The translations under genes were made by a program, and so were the position numbers. Shown here one piece after another: positions 34,574 through 42,599 of a stretch of 64,000 nucleotides of DNA (positions are counted from its first letter, which is position 1; every line of letters starts with the position of its first letter). Origin of the DNA: an uncultured virus (IMG/VR IMGVR_UViG_3300030060_002428) (lineage: Duplodnaviria; Heunggongvirae; Uroviricota; Caudoviricetes; Crassvirales); the IMG/VR virus record IMGVR_UViG_3300030060_002428; one strand, written 5' to 3'. The notes under the pieces are model-generated. The model was given only the letters and a program-made list of their open reading frames with translations, was not told the DNA's origin and ran no database searches.

Positions 34574-34746
34574 TTCAAACATTCTTCTGGGTTATCAGTG
34601 TTGCAAGAGATCTCACCAGACTCAATCTTGGCTTCTTGTTCTTGCAATCTTGTCTGATCTAGAAAGTTTACATTTGTGAATTCTTGGTCCCCTGCACTCT
34701 CAGTGTTTTGGTACCTTTCTTTGTAGTAATTTTTTGGCTGCGACAT
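34561..34746 (-). CDS. 61-aa peptide ending in an RNR-alpha-like redox tail
   Basis: Ends ...GEISCNTDNPEECLNCGS*. Confidence 0.6.
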   Translation of the reverse strand: MSQPKNYYKERYQNTESAGDQEFTNVNFLDQTRLQEQEAKIESGEISCNTDNPEECLNCGS

Positions 34747-34891
34747 GAGCCTGTAAATGTATTAAAAAATTTCTGGGGAAAAAATTTTTTGTGTGGAGTT
34801 TTTTTGAGCGCGTAGACCAACACAAACACAGACCCCCACTACTTCTCGAGCTTGGGAGTACCCCGAGCCATAATCTATAAATCATTCACAG

Positions 34892-35095
34892 ATGTACAAA
34901 GTACAGCAAAATGCGGAGGGCAAGCTTCGCTTAGTAGAAGAAGATGGTGCAACGACGCCATTACTTGCAACGTTAGACCAGCTACAGTCAGACACAGAGT
35001 GGCGTAGTCGTATAGAGTTTAGACCTTCTGAGTTTAAGGAAGGTGCACAATATGCGATACTAATGCCTTCTGCATATGTAGACATAGAGGTCTAA
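34892..35095 (+). CDS. First early hypothetical protein
   Basis: ATG after an A-rich leader; first plus-strand ORF of the early block. Confidence 0.55.
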   Translation: MYKVQQNAEGKLRLVEEDGATTPLLATLDQLQSDTEWRSRIEFRPSEFKEGAQYAILMPSAYVDIEV

Positions 35096-35200
35096 CAACC
35101 TATTATCTGGTAGCTAATGCCTATTCCAGACTTTGTGATTAAAGCAAAGAGGCATAGTACATAGGGACGCGAACATTAATCCTGACGGGATAGTTCCTAT

Positions 35201-35383
35201 GTGCTATTATTTTTTATGCACAAACAAAGACACTACGTTATGTTTAAAGCACTAACAAAGAAACTTAAAGCACGAACAAAGAACCTCACTAAACGTCAGC
35301 GTCAGTTCTTTACTTTGTGGGACTTACTACTATTGGTAAGCTTGTTCTTAATACTTGTTGCAGTTATTGAAGCAGCTAAGTAA
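35201..35383 (+). CDS. Small basic membrane protein
   Basis: Lys/Arg-rich N-terminus and C-terminal TM helix; true start may be ATG at 35216 or 35240. Confidence 0.45.
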   Translation: MLLFFMHKQRHYVMFKALTKKLKARTKNLTKRQRQFFTLWDLLLLVSLFLILVAVIEAAK

Positions 35384-35536
35384 GTGAGTGTGGCAACTAA
35401 GTCACATTCACCCAATTTCTACCTCTTTTTACATTTGTATTTTTCTAATTAATTATATTATATATCACAATGGACGATTATTCAACTAATCTATACTATG
35501 AGTTAATCATTTCAAACATTCAAAACATTTATCAAG

Positions 35537-35749
35537 ATGAGTATTCTTAAATCTAAACCATCTAACAGAACTAAAACTCCAATTGACCACGATATGGAGG
35601 ACATTCAAAGACGAACTGATAAAGCTATGGAAAGCATATCTAATCGTCTGACTGAAATCAAAAAGTCTTTAATCAGTTTATCTAATGAGCAAGATAGACT
35701 TGAGAATTATTTAGAAAAGCTCAGAGAATCTAAAACTTCTATCAAATGA
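35537..35749 (+). CDS. Small coiled-coil protein
   Basis: Heptad pattern; ATGA overlap with the next gene. Confidence 0.55.
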   Translation: MSILKSKPSNRTKTPIDHDMEDIQRRTDKAMESISNRLTEIKKSLISLSNEQDRLENYLEKLRESKTSIK

Positions 35750-35958
35750 AAAAGTTTAATTTAGTAGCAATCTGCGGCATTGCTATGATGCTAATGGCAT
35801 CTTGTTCTACATCTCGTGCAACTTATGGTAATCAATACCAAGACCACGGTTGGGGAACTAAGAGCAAATGTGGCAAGAAAAAGCCAGGCAAATGGCAAAG
35901 AACATCAAGCAACAATACTAATCGTGATGGCAGTACAAACTGCTCAGCTTGGTGGTAA
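35746..35958 (+). CDS. Small lipoprotein
   Basis: MKKFNLVAICGIAMMLMAS-C lipobox. Confidence 0.65.
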   Translation: MKKFNLVAICGIAMMLMASCSTSRATYGNQYQDHGWGTKSKCGKKKPGKWQRTSSNNTNRDGSTNCSAWW

Positions 35959-36234
35959 ATCGTATTTAATGGCAATAAAGCCTTTAATCAGCAAGTGCAA
36001 AACTGAAAGCTAGTAGTCTATGACCGGCATCAGACGAAGACCCAAGGAGACACCTCTGCTGTAATCATTGAGTAATGTGTTAGAAATATTCTTATTTACA
36101 TCTAAACAGGTAACTAGAGAAATACTCTAGCTAACACATTACTCTTCATTTTAACAAGACAAGCACACAGACAATTTAGTCATTATTATTAACCTTTTCG
36201 TTTTACAACGTGTGCTTGTCTTTAACTATTTTAT

Positions 36235-36390
36235 ATGATGAAGTTATATGAACTCAATACTAAACTGCTTAAATCTCAACAAAAACGGATAGACCAACTT
36301 GAGAGAGATAACGCATTTTGGCGTGACTTATGTAAAAAACTATCACTACCTATAAAACCTAAGAAAGCAAAGAGCAAAGAGCCTAAGTAA
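36235..36390 (+). CDS. Small hypothetical protein (51 aa)
   Basis: My translation: MMKLYELNTKLLKSQQKRIDQLERDNAFWRDLCKKLSLPIKPKKAKSKEPK. Confidence 0.45.
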   Translation: MMKLYELNTKLLKSQQKRIDQLERDNAFWRDLCKKLSLPIKPKKAKSKEPK

Positions 36391-36441
36391 AGGACTTGCT
36401 GTTTGTTTTTGCATTTATTTATTATTTAATTTTTATTTATT

Positions 36442-37041
36442 ATGGATAACATCCTAAACAGTGGCGACCTTAAGTCGCTAAAGCTTGGTCAAACTCTATT
36501 GACTAGATTTCGTAAAGTAGCTAACGGATTTATTTCTGCAGAACTAGCAGAGGTAAAAGAAGGCAGTAGCGGCGTTTCAGCTGCATATGTATTCAACAAA
36601 TCTAATAGCAAGTTTACTAGAAACAGCGCTCGTCGTGCTTGGCAGAATGGTTCTGCAGAAGATTTAGAATCAGCACTTGGTGTGTCTCTTGGAGATGACG
36701 CAGGTTGGATTCTAGACGAGAACGGAAATGAGATATTGACAGTTAATATTCTTAATCCTGTAGCATCATTTGAGGGACAAGAGTTCCCACTACGTGTTCA
36801 AATTGTAGAAAGCGTAGAAGCTGATGATTACAGAGCATCAAGAGTAGAAACTACTGCAAAGCGTAAAGGCAGAGATGGAGACTTCATTCTACACAATGGA
36901 GATTACATTTTTACTTACTCTAGCATAGTATTTACTGAGCCAAGTGACGTGTTCTTAAAAGCTGATGCACCAGTTCAGGTTGCACAGACTGAGAAGACTG
37001 AAGCTATGGTTGACACAGTAACAGGCGAGATATTCTCGTAA
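36442..37041 (+). CDS. Early protein, possible ssDNA-binding protein
   Basis: Beta-rich; C-terminal VDTVTGEIFS tail resembles phage SSB/recombination tails; strong AT-rich leader. Confidence 0.45.
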   Translation: MDNILNSGDLKSLKLGQTLLTRFRKVANGFISAELAEVKEGSSGVSAAYVFNKSNSKFTRNSARRAWQNGSAEDLESALGVSLGDDAGWILDENGNEILTVNILNPVASFEGQEFPLRVQIVESVEADDYRASRVETTAKRKGRDGDFILHNGDYIFTYSSIVFTEPSDVFLKADAPVQVAQTEKTEAMVDTVTGEIFS

Positions 37042-37052
37042 TAGCTATAAAT

Positions 37053-37090
37053 AAAATGGGTACATCATTTGGTTGGTGTACTCATTTTTA
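37053..37090 (+). terminator. Hairpin/terminator after 36442..37041
   Basis: AAAATGGGTACATC...GGTGTACTCATTTTT. Confidence 0.55.
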
Positions 37091-37147
37091 TTATATTTAC
37101 ACAAAAGTGTAAAGTATTTTTTAACATTTTTATCTAATTAACTGATT

Positions 37148-37357
37148 ATGAAGAACATAATTATCAATAACGGAAAGACTACAGTTACCATTACTGCAGG
37201 TCATAACGTTACCGTTTCAGAGAAGTCAATTACTATTGACCTACTTACAACCTCTAAGAAAACCTATGTACCTAAGGGTACGAAGACTGCGACTACAAAA
37301 CGTAGAGGTCGTCCAGCAGGGTCTAAGAACAAAAAGACTTCGATGAAGACTAAGTAA
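37148..37357 (+). CDS. Small basic AT-hook DNA-binding protein
   Basis: KRRGRPAGSKNKK AT-hook motif. Confidence 0.65.
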   Translation: MKNIIINNGKTTVTITAGHNVTVSEKSITIDLLTTSKKTYVPKGTKTATTKRRGRPAGSKNKKTSMKTK

Positions 37358-37389
37358 CCATAGTGAATGATGGTTAGATTAGTGGCATT

Positions 37390-37410
37390 AGGGGACTTCG
37401 GTCCCCTTTT
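37390..37410 (+). terminator. Rho-independent terminator
   Basis: AGGGGAC-TTCG-GTCCCCT-TTT (UUCG tetraloop). Confidence 0.85.
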
Positions 37411-37430
37411 GCTTCCTTAATACAATTAGA

Positions 37431-37679
37431 ATGGGCAAGATTAAAGATTTATATCATATGCTACAAACTGGAGAGTATTATGACTACAAAGAGGCGTATG
37501 AATTTGCAGAGGCTGAAGGAGTTAAACAATATATGTACAATGGTACTATATTAATTACAGAAAAAGTTAAACATAAAATTAACTTTGTAGAAATGTACTT
37601 AAAAGGTTTGAGAGATGATAACATTCGTAACAACAACAGCATCGACAAGTACCTCATTCAAGGAGGGAACAATAGATGA
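37431..37679 (+). CDS. Hypothetical protein
   Basis: Starts after the terminator; overlaps the polA start. Confidence 0.5.
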   Translation: MGKIKDLYHMLQTGEYYDYKEAYEFAEAEGVKQYMYNGTILITEKVKHKINFVEMYLKGLRDDNIRNNNSIDKYLIQGGNNR

Positions 37680-39504
37680 TGTGGTAGAATACTGCAGTAA
37701 AGCAGAAGTTCTTGGTGTCGACACAGAGACTGAGGGTTTTGACTTTACGTGCAAGAAAATGATTATGTTCCAGATTGGTGATGAACATCAGCAGTTTGTA
37801 ATAGATACTAGGTTTGTAAGCATTGAACCTTTGAGAGATATACTTGAGAGTGAAGACATTATCAAGATATTTCACAATGCTAAGTTTGACTACAAGTTTA
37901 TTAAACGTTGGGCTGACATAGAGTGTGCAAACATTTACGACACATTCTTAGTTGAGCGCGTGATTAATTGTGGTAAAGATTTACGTTACGGACTAGCTCA
38001 CCTATGTGATAGGTATTTAGGAGTAGAATTAAACAAAGAAGTTCGTAACCAATTTATAGGCTTGACAGGTCAACCATTTAGAGATGACCAGATAGTCTAC
38101 GGTGCAAAGGATGTTGAATATCTTTTGCAAATCAGACAAAAGCAACTGCCTAACATTGCCAAGTATAAACTTGAGAATGTTGTAGACCTTGAAAACAAGG
38201 CAGTGCTAGCTTTTTCTGATATAGAGTACAACGGACTAGATATAGACAAGGACAAGTGGGAAGTCATTGCCAAGCAAAGCGAGGCAGAAGCTATCGCTAT
38301 GCGTGCTGAACTAGACGACATGCTAGTTTCAGATCCCAGGTTGTCTGAGTTTATATCTACCGTTGTACAAACTGATTTATTTACTGACTTTGATGACATT
38401 AGAAAAGTAAATGTTAAGTGGACGTCACCAACACAAGTGCTAGCTGTATTTCAAAAGCTTGTGCCAGACTTGGAGAACGTTAACGGCAAGCAGATGTACA
38501 AGTACAGACGCAAGTATCCACTAATAGATAAGTATGTAAAATATAAAGAGAAGATGAAACTAGCTACTAGCTATGGCAAAGACTTCTTCAAGTTTGTATC
38601 AGGCGATGGCAAGATACATACTAGTTTTAATCAGATATTAGACACAGGACGTGTTGCTAGTCGTAAGCCTAACATGCAACAGATTCCTGCAAATAATAGT
38701 TTTAGAAACTGTTTTATTGCCCCTGAAGGGTGGTGCTTTGTTTCATCAGATTATAGTTCTCAAGAGTTGAACGTTATAGCTTTTGGTAGTAAAGATCCTG
38801 TATGGACTGACGCGCTTCAGAAAGGTCAAGACTTGCACAGTGTATGTGCTGACTTGGTCTACGGTGATGAATGGTTAGCTGGTGCTGAAGATGGTTGTAA
38901 CTACCTACTAGCTAAAGGTAAGTGCAATTGTCCTCAGCATAAGAAATTACGCACAAACGTCAAGACAATTAACTTTGGACTAGCCTATGGCATGGGTCCA
39001 CATAAGTTAGCTGACACTCTTGACATTGGCGTGAAAGATGCAGAAGCTTTGATTGATAAATATTTCAATGCTTTCCCTGCTATTGGTGGGTTCTTAGACA
39101 AGCTTGGTAGCTTTGGCAAAAAGTTTGGATACATTAAGACCTTTCCTCCATATAATAGACGTAGATGGTTCCCAAACTGGTACCCTAAAATATGGAACAG
39201 TGTGTCCGACAAGATGGAGCTAGGCTCTATCGAGCGTGCATCTAAGAATACACCAATTCAGGGCGCTTCTGCTGATATGACTAAGCTAGCTCTCACTTAT
39301 ATGCGAGACTATATTAGAGCAAACAATGCTCCTGTTAAATTAGTAATGACAGTGCACGACCAGATTGACACAATATGCAAAATAGAATATGCAGACATCT
39401 GGGTTGAGGCAATGACAGGCTACATGGAGCATGCTGCACAAAAAGTTGTAACAAATGGTTTGCTTAAGGCAGACACAAATATTTCAAAATCATGGGAAAA
39501 ATAG
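37615..39504 (+). CDS. polA: Family A DNA polymerase with 3'-5' exonuclease (no 5'-3' exonuclease domain)
   Basis: Exo DTETEG, HNAKFD, YGAKDV; TGRVAS.KPNMQQIP; motif A DYSSQEL; motif B RTNVKTINFGLAYG; NTPIQG; motif C VHDQI. Confidence 0.95.
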   Translation: MITFVTTTASTSTSFKEGTIDDVVEYCSKAEVLGVDTETEGFDFTCKKMIMFQIGDEHQQFVIDTRFVSIEPLRDILESEDIIKIFHNAKFDYKFIKRWADIECANIYDTFLVERVINCGKDLRYGLAHLCDRYLGVELNKEVRNQFIGLTGQPFRDDQIVYGAKDVEYLLQIRQKQLPNIAKYKLENVVDLENKAVLAFSDIEYNGLDIDKDKWEVIAKQSEAEAIAMRAELDDMLVSDPRLSEFISTVVQTDLFTDFDDIRKVNVKWTSPTQVLAVFQKLVPDLENVNGKQMYKYRRKYPLIDKYVKYKEKMKLATSYGKDFFKFVSGDGKIHTSFNQILDTGRVASRKPNMQQIPANNSFRNCFIAPEGWCFVSSDYSSQELNVIAFGSKDPVWTDALQKGQDLHSVCADLVYGDEWLAGAEDGCNYLLAKGKCNCPQHKKLRTNVKTINFGLAYGMGPHKLADTLDIGVKDAEALIDKYFNAFPAIGGFLDKLGSFGKKFGYIKTFPPYNRRRWFPNWYPKIWNSVSDKMELGSIERASKNTPIQGASADMTKLALTYMRDYIRANNAPVKLVMTVHDQIDTICKIEYADIWVEAMTGYMEHAAQKVVTNGLLKADTNISKSWEK

Positions 39505-39824
39505 ATTTAATAACATTGCCGCAAGAAGAAATAGATGACATTGTAGGCAGAGTGCAATTAGCAAAAGAGGTATCACACGTTGGAATATCGTTTGATGCTG
39601 ATGATGTTATTGACTGGTCGACAAAATACTTGTCTGGTATTACTGTAGACGAAATAGCCAAAGAGTATAATGTATCTGGCTCTAGAATTTATAATGGCAA
39701 AAAGCATTGTATTATGGCACGTTTTGGTTCAAAACTTCACAAAATGAATAGACAGCAAAGACTATGCAAAAAGCCATTATATCAATATGACGAGATGCTT
39801 GAAATTGATTGGAGAGGTAGGTAA
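39492..39824 (+). CDS. HTH-like hypothetical protein
   Basis: GITVDEIAKEYNVSGSRIY. Confidence 0.5.
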   Translation: MGKIDLITLPQEEIDDIVGRVQLAKEVSHVGISFDADDVIDWSTKYLSGITVDEIAKEYNVSGSRIYNGKKHCIMARFGSKLHKMNRQQRLCKKPLYQYDEMLEIDWRGR

Positions 39825-40291
39825 TGATGAAAAAGAAACAAAACTTACTTCCGCTTCAAGAAAAACAAGTAGACTTACTATTTGAGATAGTAGAAAGAGT
39901 GACTGGTGTAGGTAGAAAGCTTGCAATATCTAAAGATAGGAGAAGATTTATTGTAGACGCCAGAAAGATGATGATTGGGTTGTTACGTAAAGAAATAAAC
40001 TTAACCTGTTACCAGGTTGGGCAGGTTCTTAACATGGATCACTCTACTGTGCTGTACAATGAGAGAATGCATAATGTACATATGATGGAAAAAGAATTCC
40101 GTCGTGTGTACTCTTGCATTTTAGGTACATTCTTGATTGATGCTGCCGTACAAGCAGAGAAAGATTTACAAGATAAGTTTGCTGAGTTGGAGCTACGCAC
40201 TTCGTTATTGCTAGACTCTATTGCAAACCAACGTGAATTGATACACTCATCTTTTGATGATTATAACGAAAAATATTTAACTAAACTATAG
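39824..40291 (+). CDS. DnaA C-terminal (domain IV)-like HTH protein
   Basis: SKDRRRFIVDARKMM...LTCYQVGQVLNMDHSTVLY matches the DnaA signature. Confidence 0.7.
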   Translation: MMKKKQNLLPLQEKQVDLLFEIVERVTGVGRKLAISKDRRRFIVDARKMMIGLLRKEINLTCYQVGQVLNMDHSTVLYNERMHNVHMMEKEFRRVYSCILGTFLIDAAVQAEKDLQDKFAELELRTSLLLDSIANQRELIHSSFDDYNEKYLTKL

Positions 40292-40295
40292 TATT

Positions 40296-40577
40296 ATGGC
40301 AAAAACAGAATTAGAATTATTAGAAGGCTGGGACTTTGTTGTAGAGTACGACTTTGATCCTGGCGAACCTGAAGTGCTGTACTACCCTGATGGCAGTGGA
40401 CACCCTGGTAGTCCGCCTGAAGTTAGTGTGCATTCAATTTGGCTGCAACTACCAAACAAGGAAGGTGCAGAGGTAGAAGTCGAAATGACAGAGTTCTTAG
40501 TAAGTGCTGTCGGCCTTGATGTAGAGGGACTAGAAAGTTTAATCTTAGAAGAAGAAAAAGAAGGATATGAAGACTAA
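40296..40577 (+). CDS. Hypothetical acidic protein
   Basis: VEYDFDPGEP..YYPDGSGHPGSPPEV. Confidence 0.55.
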   Translation: MAKTELELLEGWDFVVEYDFDPGEPEVLYYPDGSGHPGSPPEVSVHSIWLQLPNKEGAEVEVEMTEFLVSAVGLDVEGLESLILEEEKEGYED

Positions 40578-40839
40578 CATGAACACTAAATCGCTAGAGT
40601 CATACGACCAGCTAAAAGAAGGCACTACGCTTACGAAGAGACAACTACAAGTGCTTGTGTGTCTTAGGAATGAGCTAGGGCAAGCTACTAATCGTATGAT
40701 TGCTAAGAGTCTAGGCTGGGACATTAACAGAGTTACAGGCCGTGTTACAGAACTTAGAGACAAAGGACTTGTTATACATGCAGGAGATTACTATGATCAG
40801 GAAACTGAAAGAACAGTAAATCTATGGAAATGCAGTTAA
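40567..40839 (+). CDS. Winged-helix protein
   Basis: LTKRQLQVL...TNRMIAKSLGWDINRVTGRVTELRDKGLV. Confidence 0.7.
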   Translation: MKTNMNTKSLESYDQLKEGTTLTKRQLQVLVCLRNELGQATNRMIAKSLGWDINRVTGRVTELRDKGLVIHAGDYYDQETERTVNLWKCS

Positions 40840-42008
40840 CTATGTCGGAGGTAAACAAGATCAAGGATACAGAACAGCGCAAGGCACTAAATGCGTGGGC
40901 TAAAGAAGGCTTTGTAGGCAGCATTATTGCAGGCACAGGCTTCGGTAAGTCTAGGTGTGGTGTTATTGCTATTGGTAAAGTACTTGATAATGTACCTACA
41001 GGTCGTGGCCTTGTGCTTGTGCCTACTGTCCAACTACAAGAGCAATTCAAGGAAGAATTCTCTAAGTGGGACTATGACCACATCGTAGATAGAGTTGACA
41101 TTGTGTGCTATCAGACAGCATACAAGTATGTTGGCGAACACTACGACGTTGTTGTGTGCGACGAGGTACACCTTGGCTTGTCGCCAGAGTACCGCAAGTT
41201 CTTTGAGAACAATACATACGACAGGTTGCTATGCATGACAGCTACGCTGCCTGAGGAGAATGAGTATAAACTACACTTGTTTAAGCTTGCTCCTACAGCC
41301 TACAAGATTACGCTTGACCAGTGTGTTAAGCTTGGGCTTGTGGCTCCGTATGATATTGTGTGTGTGCCTATCGAGCTAACAGCTGATGAGAAGGCAGATT
41401 ACAAAAGTGTGCAGAACAAGTTTGTGTATTGGAAATACAAGCTTGGTCAGTATGACGCTTTTGACAATGCAAAGCAGATTATGGCTAACAAGAATGCTAC
41501 TCCACAGGATAAGCAGGCAGCAGCCAGATTCTATGCATGCATAAGAGATCGTAAAAAGATTGTTGACTTTGCATCTAATAAAGTACAAGAGCTACAGAAG
41601 CTTGTGTTAAAAAACTTAGATAGCAAAATGCTAGTGTTCGGTGGTGCTAATGCATTTACTGATACACTATCAGAGTCTATCCAACCTTTTGCACTTGCTT
41701 ACCACAGCGGTAAGACTAAGAAGCAAAGGAAGGAAGCACTTGACAAGTTCAAGGACGGATCTATACGAGCTCTGTGTTCTACAAAGGCCCTTAATCAGGG
41801 TCTAGATGTGCCTGATGCCAGTATTGGTATTGTGTGCGGTCTAACTAGTAAAGCGTTGCCAATGATACAGCGCATAGGTAGACTTATACGATTCCAAGAG
41901 GACAAGAAGGGTAAGATATACATATTATATGTAGCAGGTAGCCAGGAAGAAAAATGGCTAAGAAAGAGTGTTAAGGGACTGAAGAATATTACTTGGTTAC
42001 AGAGCTAA
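40824..42008 (+). CDS. Superfamily II DExH helicase
   Basis: AGTGFGKS, DEVH, MTAT, LNQGLDVP, QRIGRLIR. Confidence 0.9.
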   Translation: MEMQLTMSEVNKIKDTEQRKALNAWAKEGFVGSIIAGTGFGKSRCGVIAIGKVLDNVPTGRGLVLVPTVQLQEQFKEEFSKWDYDHIVDRVDIVCYQTAYKYVGEHYDVVVCDEVHLGLSPEYRKFFENNTYDRLLCMTATLPEENEYKLHLFKLAPTAYKITLDQCVKLGLVAPYDIVCVPIELTADEKADYKSVQNKFVYWKYKLGQYDAFDNAKQIMANKNATPQDKQAAARFYACIRDRKKIVDFASNKVQELQKLVLKNLDSKMLVFGGANAFTDTLSESIQPFALAYHSGKTKKQRKEALDKFKDGSIRALCSTKALNQGLDVPDASIGIVCGLTSKALPMIQRIGRLIRFQEDKKGKIYILYVAGSQEEKWLRKSVKGLKNITWLQS

Positions 42009-42012
42009 ATGC

Positions 42013-42043
42013 TTTGTAATCAGGTAGTTTTTTCGTAAATTTG
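42013..42043 (+). promoter_or_regulatory. Consensus Bacteroidota sigma-A promoter
   Basis: TTTG-N19-TAAATTTG, 8 nt before ATG 42051. Confidence 0.75.
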
Positions 42044-42050
42044 TAAGCTT

Positions 42051-42599
42051 ATGCAGGTAGAAATTGATATAAATTTATTGATAGATAATGGTATAAGTGC
42101 TGATGATTATTTGGCATTATACGCTTTGTATAGGAAAGGGTTTAAAATCTTAGGCAGATTAAAACTTAATCCTAATTGGGAAGAGTTACAGAAGAAAGGA
42201 TTTGTTAAACTAGGAGACGAGATAGAAGAGCATATTGTTAGACAAGAATTTATAGATTTATTTGCAAGTGATTTTGATCAGATGTTTGCAGAGCTACTTG
42301 TAGCTTACCCTATGAAGGTGCAAACTAAGCAAGGCATGCGCATACTGCATGCTAGCGATCCTAGCGCAAAAGCAAACAAGAAAGCAAAAGATAGATACAG
42401 ACGAGTAGTAGGAAATAAAAGATTTATACACGATAAGATTCTGAAATTACTAGATAAACAGTTGAAGATAGAAAGAGGCAGGTTAGAATATCTGCAAAAC
42501 TTAGAAGTTTGGATTAATAATCATACTTGGGAAAAGTATAGTAATATAGAAAGCAATGGCGGAAGCTCAGAAGAAAACAGAATCACAAGAAGACTATGA
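42051..42599 (+). CDS. Putative replication initiator/helicase-loader protein
   Basis: Directly upstream of and overlapping DnaB; FAELLVAYP and YLQNLEVWINNHTWE resemble phage replisome-organiser C-termini. Confidence 0.5.
   Translation: MQVEIDINLLIDNGISADDYLALYALYRKGFKILGRLKLNPNWEELQKKGFVKLGDEIEEHIVRQEFIDLFASDFDQMFAELLVAYPMKVQTKQGMRILHASDPSAKANKKAKDRYRRVVGNKRFIHDKILKLLDKQLKIERGRLEYLQNLEVWINNHTWEKYSNIESNGGSSEENRITRRL

Noticed and set aside
34700..35085. Minus-strand ORFs 34700..34885 and 34882..35085
   Set aside because: One crosses homopolymer-rich non-coding DNA; the other is antisense to a more plausible plus-strand ORF.
29544..39504. Inteins or introns in TerL, PolA and nearby genes
   Set aside because: Lengths are normal, motifs are contiguous, and no splicing or homing-endonuclease motifs are visible.
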